Assembly: GCA_051294375.1 (NCBI GenBank) | Contig: CM119264.1 | Span: 27,777,949 to 27,825,873, forward strand | From: Paraspadella gotoi | Lineage: Eukaryota > Animalia > Chaetognatha | DNA length: 47,925 bases | Reading direction: 5' to 3' | Shown: piece by piece, positions 1 through 11,920 of the stretch | Layout of the letters: the number at the start of each line of letters is the position of its first letter | How positions within the stretch are numbered: the first letter of the stretch is position 1 | Translations under genes and position numbers: made by a program | Notes under the pieces: generated by a model | Databases searched by the model: none | Told to the model about the DNA's origin: nothing | What the model saw: only the letters and a program-made list of their open reading frames with translations

Positions 1-133
1 ATCTTTTTGTTGAGGTTGTGCGCCAAGAGGATCGTCAAGGGCATCGCCTCGTCGGTTTCGTCGGTCGCGTAGCCGAACATGAGACCCTGATCGCCGGCGC
101 CGATGTCTTCTTCGGTGCGATCGAGGTGGACGC
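1..133 (-). CDS. MAT: S-adenosylmethionine synthetase, coding exon 3 (runs off the window start)
   Basis: Acceptor ttccacAG at 136-134, then (G)[43 protein letters not shown], containing the MAT signature GAGDQG; phase 1 matches the exon 2 donor. Confidence 0.97.
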
Positions 134-375
134 CTGTGGAAGAGGAGGCGTGGGAAAAGGGTCGTCGGAATAGCTCGTCCACCGTAGGGTCATGCGGTGA
201 GCGATACGTTCAGCGTTCTCCCAATGAAATCAGACCTTCGGGTCCGCCAGTACTAGAACTGGCAACCACTGGTTGAGTTTAAACTATTAATTTACTAAAT
301 GTAAATTATCTGTTAAGGCCATATTTACAAGATAATAACATAGCAGGAGCCCCTCTTATTCTTACACCCACTCAC

Positions 376-574
376 CCTTGGCAATGTCCGGGCTTTGCTG
401 CTCCAACGCTACCAAGACGTTGCAAGTCTTATAGTCGAATCCTTTGGCGCAATCGTCGTAACCAATTTTCTTGACGACGTCACGAACGACGCGTTGATAA
501 TCGACGACGGCGCGTGAGGTAATCTCGCCCGCCACCATGATCATGCCCGTCTTGGCCACGGTCTCGCAGGCCAC
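376..574 (-). CDS. MAT: S-adenosylmethionine synthetase, coding exon 2
   Basis: Acceptor caccAG at 577-575; [66 protein letters not shown]; donor GTGAGT starting at 375. Confidence 0.97.
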
Positions 575-711
575 CTGGTGGTGAGAGAAGAGGGCGGTGG
601 AAGGTGGGGTGTAATGAAAGTGGGCGTGGAATTTGAGAGGCGGGAAAAATATATAAAAAAAGAATTTGGTTTAAGTGTCTCTGTCTGTCTCTGTCTCTGT
701 CTGTCTCTCTG

Positions 712-776
<65 letters not shown>

Positions 777-866
777 CTCCTTTTCAAATCAAGTTATCAA
801 ATTGTTCTGGAACGTAAAAGACAATTTAAAGAAAAAAAATAATAAAGAAATAAACAAATGAATAAA

Positions 867-958
867 TAAACCACCAAAGCCTGTCCAAAGTCAGGGGCAA
901 GATAGCTTATTTATTAAATGAATGGATAATTTTTATATTGGTTGTACCAATTTCATAA
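867..958. repeat. 92-bp dispersed element in MAT intron 1, identical to 23594-23685
   Basis: taaaccaccaaagcctgtccaaagtcaggggcaagatagc...gtaccaatttcataa reads the same at both sites. Confidence 0.9.
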
Positions 959-959
959 A

Positions 960-1129
960 TAAACAAATGATTAAATAAATAAATAAAGAAATAAAAAAAT
1001 GAATAAATAAAAATAAATAATATAAATAATATAAATAAACAAATGATTAAATAAATAAATAAAGAAATAAACAAATGAATAAATAAAAAAAAAAGAAATA
1101 AATAAATAAATTTAAAAAAAAATAAATAA

Positions 1130-1222
<93 letters not shown>

Positions 1223-1245
1223 AAATATAAATATAAATATATAAA
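960..1245. repeat. (AAAT)n microsatellite tract
   Basis: Long aaat tandem run with variants; explains the F/I/Y/L-rich spurious ORFs. Confidence 0.95.
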
Positions 1246-1499
1246 TAGATAGAAAGTACTAAACTTCGTCGAAGAAACCAACCGAAAAAAAAATGAACAG
1301 AGTGGGAAAAAAGTGTGAAGATTCTCACAGAAAAAAAAGGCAAAAAAGCAACAAAGGGAAACAATGAATCACGACATTTTTCCTCCTCTCTTCCGTCAGT
1401 AAATGATAGCTGTCTCACGCANNNNNNNNNNNNNNNNNNNNNNNNNNNNNNNNNNNNNNNNNNNNNNNNNNNNNNNNNNNNNNNNNNNNNNNNNNNNNN

Positions 1500-1517
1500 C
1501 AGGACCCCGAGGCTAAG
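1500..1517 (+). CDS. MAT: 3' end of MAT exon 1 (QDPEAK) on a locally inverted block
   Basis: cag gac ccc gag gct aag followed by GTGAG at 1518; supplies the residues missing between ...AHLKQ and VACET..., with a phase-0 donor matching exon 2. Confidence 0.88.
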
Positions 1518-1535
1518 GTGAGAGAGAGAGAGAGA

Positions 1536-1571
<36 letters not shown>

Positions 1572-1683
1572 AGAGAGAGAGAGCGAGACGTTTGTCATAG
1601 TTCAACTACAGAGACAATAACCGGGATGGTTGGATAAGTGGCAGAGATTTGCGGTCGAGAATCAAAAAAAAGTTTTCGCGTTT

Positions 1684-1728
<45 letters not shown>

Positions 1729-1863
1729 GTCTCTTCTCTCTCTCTCTCTCTCTCTCTCATCTCTCTCTCTTCTCTCAACACGCCATATCGCAACTACCAA
1801 GAGAGATTTTTTCCCACGAAATAAGTTTGATTCATGAGGAAGTCTCTCTCCGTGTGCGTCCTC

Positions 1864-1989
1864 CTGCTTCAAATGAGCGTCGAGAACGGCATCAGAGACT
1901 TGGTCGCAGATCTTGTCTGGATGACCTTCGCCAACGGATTCAGAGGTGAAAAGGAAAGAGTCAATGTTGTCTTGGCACATGGAATTCAT
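1864..1989 (-). CDS. MAT: S-adenosylmethionine synthetase, coding exon 1 (main part)
   Basis: ATG at 1989: [42 protein letters not shown] with the invariant FTSESVxEGHPDK motif. Confidence 0.97.
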
Positions 1990-2194
1990 CTTGGCGATTG
2001 AAGGGCAGTTGAGAGCAAAGGAGGGCGATGCGAGGGCAATTAAGGGCAAAGTGAGAGATGCAACGAGGAATCAACGCATTGAGGTTATTAATAAGGACAA
2101 AGATTAGGACAAAGGCGTAGGAAAGGAAAACTGTGACCGTGATTAAAGACAAATGCGAAGAATGTGAATAGGAGATGTGAAATCTCTCGTCGAG

Positions 2195-2281
2195 CTGTAG
2201 ATGAAATAAAAGAAATATATTAATAAGAATACAAAATCCGCGACAATTAATAATTCCAATTCAAATAAAAATGTTACTCAC
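2195..2281 (-). other. Candidate 87-bp 5'UTR intron of MAT
   Basis: Minus-strand GTGAGT donor at 2281 and tttcatctacAG acceptor at 2195, about 200 bp upstream of the ATG. Confidence 0.5.
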
Positions 2282-2929
2282 CGATTCGAGTCAATTTTTT
2301 TTTCTCCAGACAAAATTATTTTAATAAATTGATAAATAAATTGATAAATTTAGCGAAGTCGCTTTAATAATAAATAAATGATGTATACAATTACAAAAAT
2401 AAATAACGAAATTATGAAGAGGCAAATGAAAAAATGATTTAGCGAAAGCAACGAGTGAATGAAAATTGATTTTCGCCTCCAATTTATATCGAGGGAGTGA
2501 TTCTGATTCAAAGGGGTAACTATATCCTCTCGCAGAATAGATATATATGATATATAACTTCATCGGATATTGATATTAATAAATTGACATGGCGGATCTT
2601 TATCGACGCATTCCATCAACAGCCTCTTAAATTCGAATAAACCCGTCTGGACAACTCCCAAGTTTATCAGCCCCTGTATATTTTTCTGAGGCGACATTTT
2701 TTCACTTCTTTGGCGGATGCCACTTGCGAAGTAGGGCATTCCCTCTCCTGTTCAAACCGGTCGCGAACCGGACGGGCGAATNNNNNNNNNNNNNNNNNNN
2801 NNNNNNNNNNNNNNNNNNNNNNNNNNNNNNNNNNNNNNNNNNNNNNNNNNNNNNNNNNNNNNNNNNNNNNNNNNNNNNNNNNNNATCGAGAATCTCACGA
2901 GGTTCGTCGTTCGATCGAGTGAGAAATTA

Positions 2930-2939
2930 GTCACGTGAC
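2930..2939. promoter_or_regulatory. Palindromic E-box GTCACGTGAC (USF/TFEB-type) between the two divergent genes
   Basis: Perfect 10-bp palindrome, also present in the inverted copy at about 36158-36167. Function not shown. Confidence 0.35.
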
Positions 2940-4021
2940 AAAAGTCGATGCCCTCAATTTAATCGGACAAGAAAATAATCACGACGATGATTAGGATCAA
3001 CGAAGAAAGAGTTTTTAGGTAATATTTGATAAACGTTAATGAATATTTATATCTTAACTTCCCATTACGTACCAATCATTCTTTCTTTTTTTTTTGTCAC
3101 GAGGAAAAGAACATAGTAAATACTAGTAATTCGATTTTTTTTTTTTTGGTATAAATTCAACAGCAGTTTTACAATGTTCGATTAGTACACGATTACGTGT
3201 ATGCTATTTCTATCAATTTTTGAAAATTTATCTACTATAAAATGGGTTTTTATGTCACTCTCAACAAGTACGACAACAACGACAACAACTACGTCGAGCA
3301 CTTGATATAAACTCTCGGGATGGTTCGAGTTTTAACCGGTTCCAACCGGTCGCTCACAATTCACAGCGCAAAAATAGAAAAGGATCGATCCAGTTTTGGA
3401 AAATATCACTTCGGTTTGAAACGATAATTTTTAAATTTGAGAGTTTCATTCATTCATTCATCCATTAATTAATTAGATTAATTAATTAATTTATTTATTT
3501 ATTTATTTATTTATTNNNNNNNNNNNNNNNNNNNNNNNNNTATTTATTTATTTATTTATTTATTTATTTATTTTTTATTTTATTTTTATTTTTTATTTTT
3601 TCATTCTTTCATTTTGTTCATTCATTCTTCTTTCTTATTTTATTCTTCATTTTTTTATTTATTATTTTGATTTTGTATTTTTATTTTTATTCTTTTAATT
3701 TTTTATTTTATTTTTGTTATTTTTCTATTTTATTGTATTTTGTAAAATATTGTTTATTTCTTTATTAGTTTTTTTTCTTTAAAATTGTCTTTTACGTTCC
3801 ATGTAACAAATTTGATCAACTATGATTTTGAAAAGGAAGAGAGAAAAGAGAGAGAGAGAGCAGAGAGGAGAGGAGACAGAGAGCAGACAGAGACAGAGAC
3901 GACAGAGACACTACTTAAACCAAAATCTTTTTTTTATATTTGTTCCCGCCTCTCAAATTCCACGCCCACTTTCATACACCTCACCTTCGCCAAAACAACC
4001 GCCTCGTTCTCTCACCACCAG

Positions 4022-4220
4022 GTGGCCTGCGAAGATGGCAAGACGTGCATGAATCATGTGGCGGGGCGAGGATTACTCAGCGCCGTCGCATTATCACGCG
4101 TCGGTTTCTGACGTCTATCAAGAAAATTGGTTAGCGAACGATTGCGCCAAAGGATTGACTTAAAGACTTGCAACGTCTTGGTAGAGTTTGGAGCAGCAAA
4201 AGCCCGGACATTGCCCAAGG
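4022..4220 (+). pseudogene. MAT: MAT exon 2, noisy copy
   Basis: caccAG|gtggcctgcgaa...ggacattgcccaagg|GTGAGT; matches the reverse complement of 376-574. Confidence 0.92.
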
Positions 4221-4485
4221 GTGAGTGGGTGTAAAAAAGAGGGCTCCTGCTAATGTTATTATCTTGTAAAAATGGCCTAACAGATTAGTTTAAATTAGTA
4301 AATTAATTAAGATAATTTTTATATTGTTGTCGGTTTAAACTCAACCAGTGGTTGCGGACAGTTCTCGTACTGGCGGACCGAAGGTCTGATTTTCATTGGG
4401 AGAACGCTTGAACGTATCGCTCACCGATGAACCTACGGTGGCACGAGCTATTCCGACGACCTTTTCCAACGCTCCTCTTCCACAG

Positions 4486-4683
4486 GCGTCCACCTCGATC
4501 GCATCGAAGAAGAAATCGGCGCCGGCGATCAGGGGTCTCATGTTTCGGTACGCGACGACGAAACGGACGAGGCGATGCCGTTGACGATCCTCTTGGCGCA
4601 CAACCTCAACAAAAAGATGGGCGCAGTTGAGGGAACGAAGGGGTTATTGCCAAGTGGATGCGAACCGATTCCGAGAGACGCAG
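4486..4683 (+). pseudogene. MAT: MAT exon 3, noisy full-length copy
   Basis: GAGDQG and [15 protein letters not shown], ending in tggatgcgaaccgattccgagagacgcag|gt, which approximates WMRPDSKTQ. Confidence 0.9.
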
Positions 4684-4689
4684 GTTGGT

Positions 4690-4990
4690 GGATGGGGAGG
4701 GAGGAAGAGGGAGGGGGGGAAGGGGAGATGGAAGGGGAAGGGGGGATGGAGGGAGGAGGGTGGGGGGTAGGGAAGGGGGATGGGAAGGAGGTAGGGCAAG
4801 AGGGAGGAGGAAATGGGAATGGAGGAAGAACTGGGAGGGAGAAATGGGGAGGAAAAAGGGGGTAGGAGGGGAGGGAGGAGGTAGGGAAGGGAGAGGGAAG
4901 GGGGATGGAGGAAGAATGAGGAAGAAGGGGGGGAGGAGAGGGGTGGGGGAGAAGGGAGAGAGAGGGGGGAATGGGGAAGGGGGAGGTTGA
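4690..4990. repeat. Polypurine G/A-rich low-complexity tract in MAT intron 3
   Basis: Almost exclusively G and A. Confidence 0.85.
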
Positions 4991-5265
4991 AGGATTTTTG
5001 ATTGAGTGGAAAGAGAGAGAATGAAAAACTCAAGAAGGATGTAGGGAAGTTAGGAGGAAGGTTAGAATGGAAGAGGATAGATAGGTGAATGATTAGATGA
5101 GGAAGAGGATAGGTGAATGAGTTAGATGAGGATTGAGTTAAAAAGAGAGATGAGGAGAAGAAGGGAAAAAGGAAGAAAACTTCAGTGTCTGAATGCTTTT
5201 TTTTTAAAAAATCTTAATTAGATGAAGAATTTTTAAAAGAAAATTAGTTTAATGTTCGTTGATTG

Positions 5266-5481
5266 GAGGTACTTGTCCGCTCGGAACGAGGGTTAACTGT
5301 CCTCCGACAACGAGGTACTCGTCACTCAACAACGAAGGTAAACTCGCTCCACTTCCGACAACGACGGTACACTCGTCGCTCGAGAACGCAGGTACTGTCC
5401 GCTCGAAACGAGGTACTCATAACTCCGAACGACGCGCTACTCGCTCCGCTCGAAACGAGGTATGCTCGCTTCGCACAACAA
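5266..5481. repeat. Degenerate tandem repeat, about 9 units of about 22 bp
   Basis: Unit resembles gaggtactgtccgctcgaaac, repeated head-to-tail with no unique spacers. Confidence 0.8.
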
Positions 5482-6715
5482 CTGCAGCGAAAAAAAATTG
5501 TAAAAGAGGAAGAACCACTTGACGCCTGAACCAAGGGAAAGAAAAGAAAAGCAAATTAAACGAAAAGAAAAGAAAAGTAAGAACACAGAAAAAGAACCAA
5601 CCGAAGGATGAAAGTTAACTTTTTGACACTATGAGAGGGAATCAGAAAAAGAAAAAAAAACATCCGCAGCTGACCAACGAAATGAAGAAGACCGACGAGC
5701 AGAGAGAGAGAGAGAGAGACGAGAGAAGAGAGCAGAGAGAGAGCAGAGAGAGAGAGCAGACGAGAGAGACGACGACGCCCACAGAAGCCCAGAGAGAGAC
5801 CAACCGGATCGCTGACATCGAGCAGGACCAGAAGACGAAAGGAGAACCTTCTCGAAGAGAGAGAGAGGAGAAGAGAGAGAGAGAGAAGACAATTTTCTGC
5901 GCGCCAAAGGCGTGACGCGTGATGGCGCTGATGGCTGTCGGGAGAGACCGCCTTCTCTCTCCGCTCGAAATGGTGGAAAGGAGAAGACAAGTAGCGAGGA
6001 GGAGGAGGAGGAGGAGCGAGAGGAAGCGCGCAGGAGGAGGAAGACTTAGGGCTAAAGTTGCGCGTGAGGCTTGACTTTTTTTTTTAAAAAACTTTTTACA
6101 AATGAACGGAGAAAAGCAGAAGAAACTGTGTCGCCTTGCATTGCGTTGGCTGAATTGTACAGGCTAGCAGTTAGAGCGGTATTTTTGCATTTGCATTCAA
6201 ATACAAGTCCCCCAAAAAACTAAAAGAAGTCGTCAGGATTTTAATGATCATCATGATTTGACTGAAGAGACTGCTTTTTAAATCAATGGTCTGTTAACAG
6301 TTTACTTATTCAGCTCAAGGGGGTTTCCCCCCCCCCCGACCTAACTCTGAAAAGTCTTCGGTAAGTCAGGATGACTCAACAAAAACAGAGGGTAGGATCG
6401 GTCCTCGAAACTATTATATATGTGTTGGGTACGTTACTAAGAATTCCAGTAAAACCGTCGCAACGGGCACGAATGGTGACAAGAACTCTGTTTAAATACA
6501 TCTGTCACGATTTTATCCCATTAACCCCGAGTTAAAAACTAAAAAAACCTAAAAAAGACAAAGAAATAACTAAAAGAAACTAAATACAAAAGAAAAGCAA
6601 CAAAAAAGAAAAGAAATTGTCACTGTGAGGACGCAGACGACAATTGGTGGAAGGCGCCGATAAACACGTGGAGCGAGAGAGAGGAGAGAAGAGAGAGAGA
6701 AGAGAGAGCAGAGAG

Positions 6716-6754
<39 letters not shown>

Positions 6755-7193
6755 GGAGACGGAGAGGTCACTTTTAACACACCCGCTCTCTGAATTAAAA
6801 ACGTCCCATGACCGCCGAACACAAACGATGCCGGCCAGTGTTTCTTCCCTTTTATTGCGAAAGGAATATTCTTTCTCTTTATCGTCGCTCTCTGTCTGTC
6901 TATCTTCTCCTCTCCGTCTCCATCTCTCTCTCTTCGGTTCTTCCTCTTTACTCTCTCATCTCCTCCTCTGCTTTCTATTCTCAGTTTCTTCTCTCTCCTC
7001 TCTCTATCGTTCTCTTCTCCTCGTCTGTCTCTCTTCCCTATTCAGTGTGTCCTTTTACGACGGCGACCTCTTTAGCAAATAAACCTCAACTTAAACGTGG
7101 ATTATATAATCTAAATTAGAAAAGAAAAGAATGGAAGGATCTTTTTGTTTATGAACGTCAACGCATCTCTCTTCTCTTTCTCTCGTTGTCAAG

Positions 7194-7346
7194 GTGCCTG
7201 CGAGTACGCCTTCAACATACGGCGCCTGCATCTCGCGTCGCGTCCACACGGTCGTCATCTCCATACCAACACTGAACGAGATCGTCTCTGAAGGGACGAT
7301 GAGGGAGGACGTTGAATGAGATGTCGTCCGGGGAAGATCGTTCCAG
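7194..7346 (+). pseudogene. MAT: MAT exon 4, noisy copy
   Basis: Frameshifted pieces read CEYAF, GACI and RRVHTVVIS; AG acceptor at 7193 and GTAGGT donor at 7347. Confidence 0.85.
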
Positions 7347-7958
7347 GTAGGTCGGAGGTGAGGTCGGAGGTTGAAGGGTGGAGGTGAGGTCGGAGTGAGG
7401 TCGAGTGGGGTTTTTCGCACTTTGTGGTCGTTTCAATTGGATTGGATGCTAAGGGTCTGTGGAACAGTCCGGAAAAATTGGATCTATTTGAATTCATTTT
7501 GAATTAAACTTTATTTAAACTTAATTTAATATTTTTTAAAGTATATAGGTATCTAATTTAATTATATCCAAAAATATCCACAAAATTAAAATTAAAATTT
7601 AAAGTCATTATAAACATTTTGGAAGGTTTTTTGAAAAATTTCTGCCATGCGGTTCTAGCATTTCGAAGTTGGTGACGGTTTCTCTATATTCGCCAGCCGC
7701 GTGTCATACTGCGCCGCGGGTCCGCGTCGGAAGACCTGATCGTATGGGCGCCGGTTGGAAGATCCCGCCCGATGCCGCCTACAGTCCTCTACCCCTCTTC
7801 GGACATTTCCTCTTATTTCTTTTCCTCTTTGTTTTCCGAAATAAATTATTTTCGAGTTTCTTTGCCAAAAACCCTTAACTGCGCTCCCTGCATCGCCTCG
7901 TCGTCGCACCTCACCTCGAACTCACCCCTACCTCGCCCCGGCTCGAGGCCCGCCGCAG

Positions 7959-8190
7959 AGAAAATACCTGGCGAACAACACATCTCCACCTTCAACCGTC
8001 GGGTGAAGTTCATCCGTGGCGACCCATGGGCGACGCCGGCCTCACGGGACGCGCAGAGATCAGATCGTCGAACCTACGGCGGGTGGGCGCCACCCACGTG
8101 AGCGGCGCTTCTCCGGGAAGGACTGTATTTAGGTGGACGGTCGGCGGCCTACGCGGGAAACCGATGGTCGGCCAAGAGCCGTCGTCAAAA
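7959..8190 (+). pseudogene. MAT: MAT exon 5, noisy copy
   Basis: Pieces read KYL, [24 protein letters not shown], SAAYA and AKS, matching [30 protein letters not shown]...VDRSAAYAARWVAKS. Confidence 0.9.
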
Positions 8191-9468
8191 AGAGAGAGAT
8201 AATCTCGATCTCAATGCGGCGCGATATATAATATTAGATACGATAAGGCTACCAACTTCAGTCGCCATCATTTTGTGAGAACGATATCTGTAATCGTTTT
8301 ATAAATAAAAATACTTTATGAGATTCCCTTTTTCTTTTTTCGTTCGTAAAAATAATTTCTTTTTATCAAAACAATGTATTTTAAAACAAAGTTCACAACT
8401 AATGGCAGTTCGCTCAGAAATAATATAATACACCTCTACCAAGAATGTTTTTTTTAAATAATAGAGAATAAGTGGATTCATAGAAGGTTAAGTCGTACAG
8501 CTATCATTAAGGCTAATGCCAAATAATTTTTTTCAGAATAGTTAGCTGTTATTTTTTACATTTCCTCACCTAATGCTGGGAAAATATATTTTGGCGTTCT
8601 GGTTAAAGCTCGTCGTCATGTCGTCGTCGTTGTCCATCGTCGTGCGTCGTACGTCTAAGTGTCTTCGTCTCATCGTCGTTCGGTACGTATCGTAACGTCG
8701 TCGTCGGATCGGCGTCGGCAAATCATTTTTCCGCCATCGCAGCACCAAAATCCAGATTTTATGAAGCAAGAATTAATAGAGAGATATATAGATATATAAT
8801 TTTGCGTATATAACTATATATTCATTTTTTCTCATTCAGGCATTTATTCAATGCAGCATTCATTTATAGATATAGACCATGGTACTATTTGATTTATTTA
8901 ATCATTCATACATTCATTCAATTCATTTATTTATTTACTAAAGGGACTAGTGTGAACCTGGGCAATCCTGCGACCTAATCAGTGTCGGGCAGTGATTAAT
9001 TTATTACCTAATTTAAATAATACGTTCATGTCATTCATGATTCACTGATTGCATAAATGCATTCAAATTATTTGTAATAAAAAAATTTTACAGATGTCGA
9101 CGACAAAAAAGTAGGTGTAGAATAGAATCTAAAAATAAACGAGACTTAGGAAAAGGTTTGATTTATTTAAATAATTATTAGGATCCCTTCTCGTCGGCTC
9201 GTCGTCTCTCCTCTCTCTCGATCTCATCCTCATCTTCTCTCTCCCTCTCTCTCTCCTAACTCTCTCTCTCCTTCTCTCACTCCAATCTCCTTTCTAATAA
9301 CTCTCTTCGTCATTGTGTACTATAATTGTCATTTTGTGGTTTCGTTGAATCCATTAATGTTTTAATCTTTTTCCCCAAATAATCGCGTCCATTCACACGT
9401 TTTTTCCCATTCATCATCATCGTTCGCGGTCTTTCAGCTGTTTTTCAATGTTTTTCTTTGCTCTCCAC

Positions 9469-9505
<37 letters not shown>

Positions 9506-11796
9506 CTTCTCTCAAAGTCTTCTCTCTCTCTTCTCATCTCCATCTCTCTCTCTCTTCTTTCGTCACCCGCAAGTCCATCATGCTGAACACTCTAATGAAA
9601 TAAATCACACTCGAAAGCAGACCTCTGAGTAGACAGATTGAAATTCCGTATAAAAAAAAAAAGAAAAGAAAAGATTTGGTCGGAATCTTGGGGAAAAAAA
9701 AGTGTATAGAGGTCGTACATAGACGATGGAGGCGAAAAGGCGGAGAATGATGTTTTGTTTATCTTATTTATTTGTTTGTTTATTTTTTTGTTTGGATAGT
9801 TTGCTTATTGTTTGACAAGTTTCCTTAATTGTTGGATATTTTGCTTTTATGTTTGATAGTTTTGCTTTTACTATTTGATAAGTTTTTCTCATCTTAGTTT
9901 TTTTTTCTTGATATCGTTGCTTTTTGTTTTTGTTTAAATAGTTTGTTTTTAAGTTTTTGTGGTGATGTTTTTCTTCTTTTTGTATGTTTTTTTCCTTTTT
10001 TTTTTCACAATTCTTTCTGTTTTTTTTCTTTTTCATTTTTTTTTTTTTTTGTCTTTTCCTTTTGTTATTTAATTGATTATTTCTCCTATTTTTCCCCTCT
10101 CCTCCTCCTCCCCTGGCTTTTATTTCTCTTTATTTCATTATTTCTCTTTTCTTTCTTGTGTTTTTTTTTCCTTTTTCGCCCTCAACGATGACCGGCCGAC
10201 CAGAGACAGCGACGTCTATCCTGATTTATTGTCGAGAATTGTTCATTTGTTCCCTTTCGACCTTCTTTCCTTGTCTTTCCCGCGTATGTAATGAGAAAAA
10301 CTGATGATGGTGGCTTTTCTCTCTCTCTCATCTCCCGTCTTGTCTCTCTCTCCCTCGCCTCAATTCCTCTCCTCACCTCCTCTTCTCTCTCTCTCTCTCC
10401 TCCTCCCTCATCGTCTTTCTTCTCTCTCATCTCTCTCTCTCTCTCTTTCTCTCTTCTCCTCTCTCTCTCGTTCTCGTCTCTCTCGTCTCGTCCTCCTATC
10501 TCTCTCTTTTCTCTCTTCTCCATCTGCGTCCTCTCTCTCCTCGTCTCCTACTCCTCCTCTTTGTCCCTTGTTCTTGCCTCTCCCGGTGGTGATTCGAAGG
10601 GGTCCGACATTCCTGTAGCCCATGCCAGTCGTTGTCAGGTCCGTCTTCGTCTTCGTGGTCGTGTCGATCCCCGTGTCGTCGTCGTCGTCGTCGTCGTCGT
10701 CGTGTCCGTCGTCGTCGTCGTCGTCGGTCGTCGTCCGCGCCAAACCGAGGATGATAATGTCCGTAATGGCCGCTTCTCCCCAATGGCGGCTGGTTAGTTC
10801 ATTTTCTGTTGCGTATGTCTTCTGTCCCCTTAGCCTTTCATAAAGCGCCTTCTCTCACGTCTCGGGCTCGTCTCTTATCTTCTCTTTCTCTCTCTCTCTC
10901 CGCACTGACTCCTTACCATTCATCCGCTCTCTCGGTCTCTAGTCGTCTCTCTCGAATCTGCTCTCTCTCTCTGTTTGGCCAATGATCTCTTATTAATTTA
11001 TGCGAATTAATTATGGTCTCAGCATCAAAACGACTATAGGAATTCGGTTTTTTTAAAAATAGAAAAAAAAGAAATTCATCACACAAAAAAAATATGAATT
11101 TAAAATTAAAAAAATTGACGGAACTGAGCGACAAAATATAGAGAAAACAATGAGGGACGCCGACGGAGCGACGACGACGAGACGAAAACGTAGTACGACG
11201 GACGACGACGACGAGCGAAAACGACGGACTACGACCGACCGGGATTGTTCTGACCGTAATTGCGAGAGAATATATTTTAGATTATTCGTCCCCACCTCCT
11301 TTTTAATAACTTTTTTTTCGAAAATTAAAGTAGAGCACCTCGAGAGGGTTTGTATTTTATACCGTGGGAAGGAAAGTAACAGAGTTCATTAATAATTAAT
11401 GTGATTCGCTAAGTATTAACTACGAAAGTTTAGACTGTAATAGTGCCACTATTGAAATTTAGGGGTTTGCTGGGGGCTTATGTTATTATCCTTGCGTTGT
11501 AAGAGTATGATCCCGATTGGTCTTAAGACCCCGGCTCGAGCCTTTCAAGCCGTCCAAGAAACTGCTATCAAATGAAGCGAAACATGGAAATTTTTTCGTG
11601 AATTGGTATTAAACAGTAGTTTAATCGCCTATAAACCAACGTCACACAAACGACAAAACCCTAGTTCACCCCACGTGCTCCCGGCCTTCATAGACATACC
11701 TACTTTAGACGTGTGCTGTCTCACCACCTAACCTGGCACCCTACCACCCCATTCAACTCCCATGAGCAACCCTGTACCAACTACCGCCCCATTCAG

Positions 11797-11920
11797 GTCT
11801 CTTGCCGTCGAGTACTCGTGTCAGATCTCTTACGCCATGGAATCGCTTGACCCTCTCCATCACCGTTCTTTCCCTATGGCAACTCGCTCCGAACCGGTGA
11901 GAGAAGGTTTGCTGGGAACG
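11797..11920 (+). pseudogene. MAT: MAT exon 6, noisy copy
   Basis: attcAG acceptor; pieces read CRRVLV, QISYA, PLSITV and YG, matching GLCRRVLVQVSYAIGVAHPLSISV. Confidence 0.85.

Noticed and set aside
907-1598. Hydrophobic F/I/Y/L ORFs here, and similar SL-, ER- and FFLL-rich ORFs elsewhere, as membrane proteins
   Set aside because: They are translations of AAAT, GA/TC and minisatellite repeats.
1606-2049. 147-aa ORF as a novel MAT fusion protein
   Set aside because: Only 42 codons are MAT; the rest is 5'UTR and read-through into the inverted intron block and GA repeats.
5266-5481. CRISPR-like periodic repeat
   Set aside because: Units are contiguous and degenerate with no unique spacers, lie in a eukaryotic intron, and no cas genes are present.
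7954-7962. CGCAG|AGAA at the MAT exon 5 acceptor as a METTL16 site
   Set aside because: Lacks the UA of UACAG, the AGAA is explained by coding sequence, and the region is error-rich.
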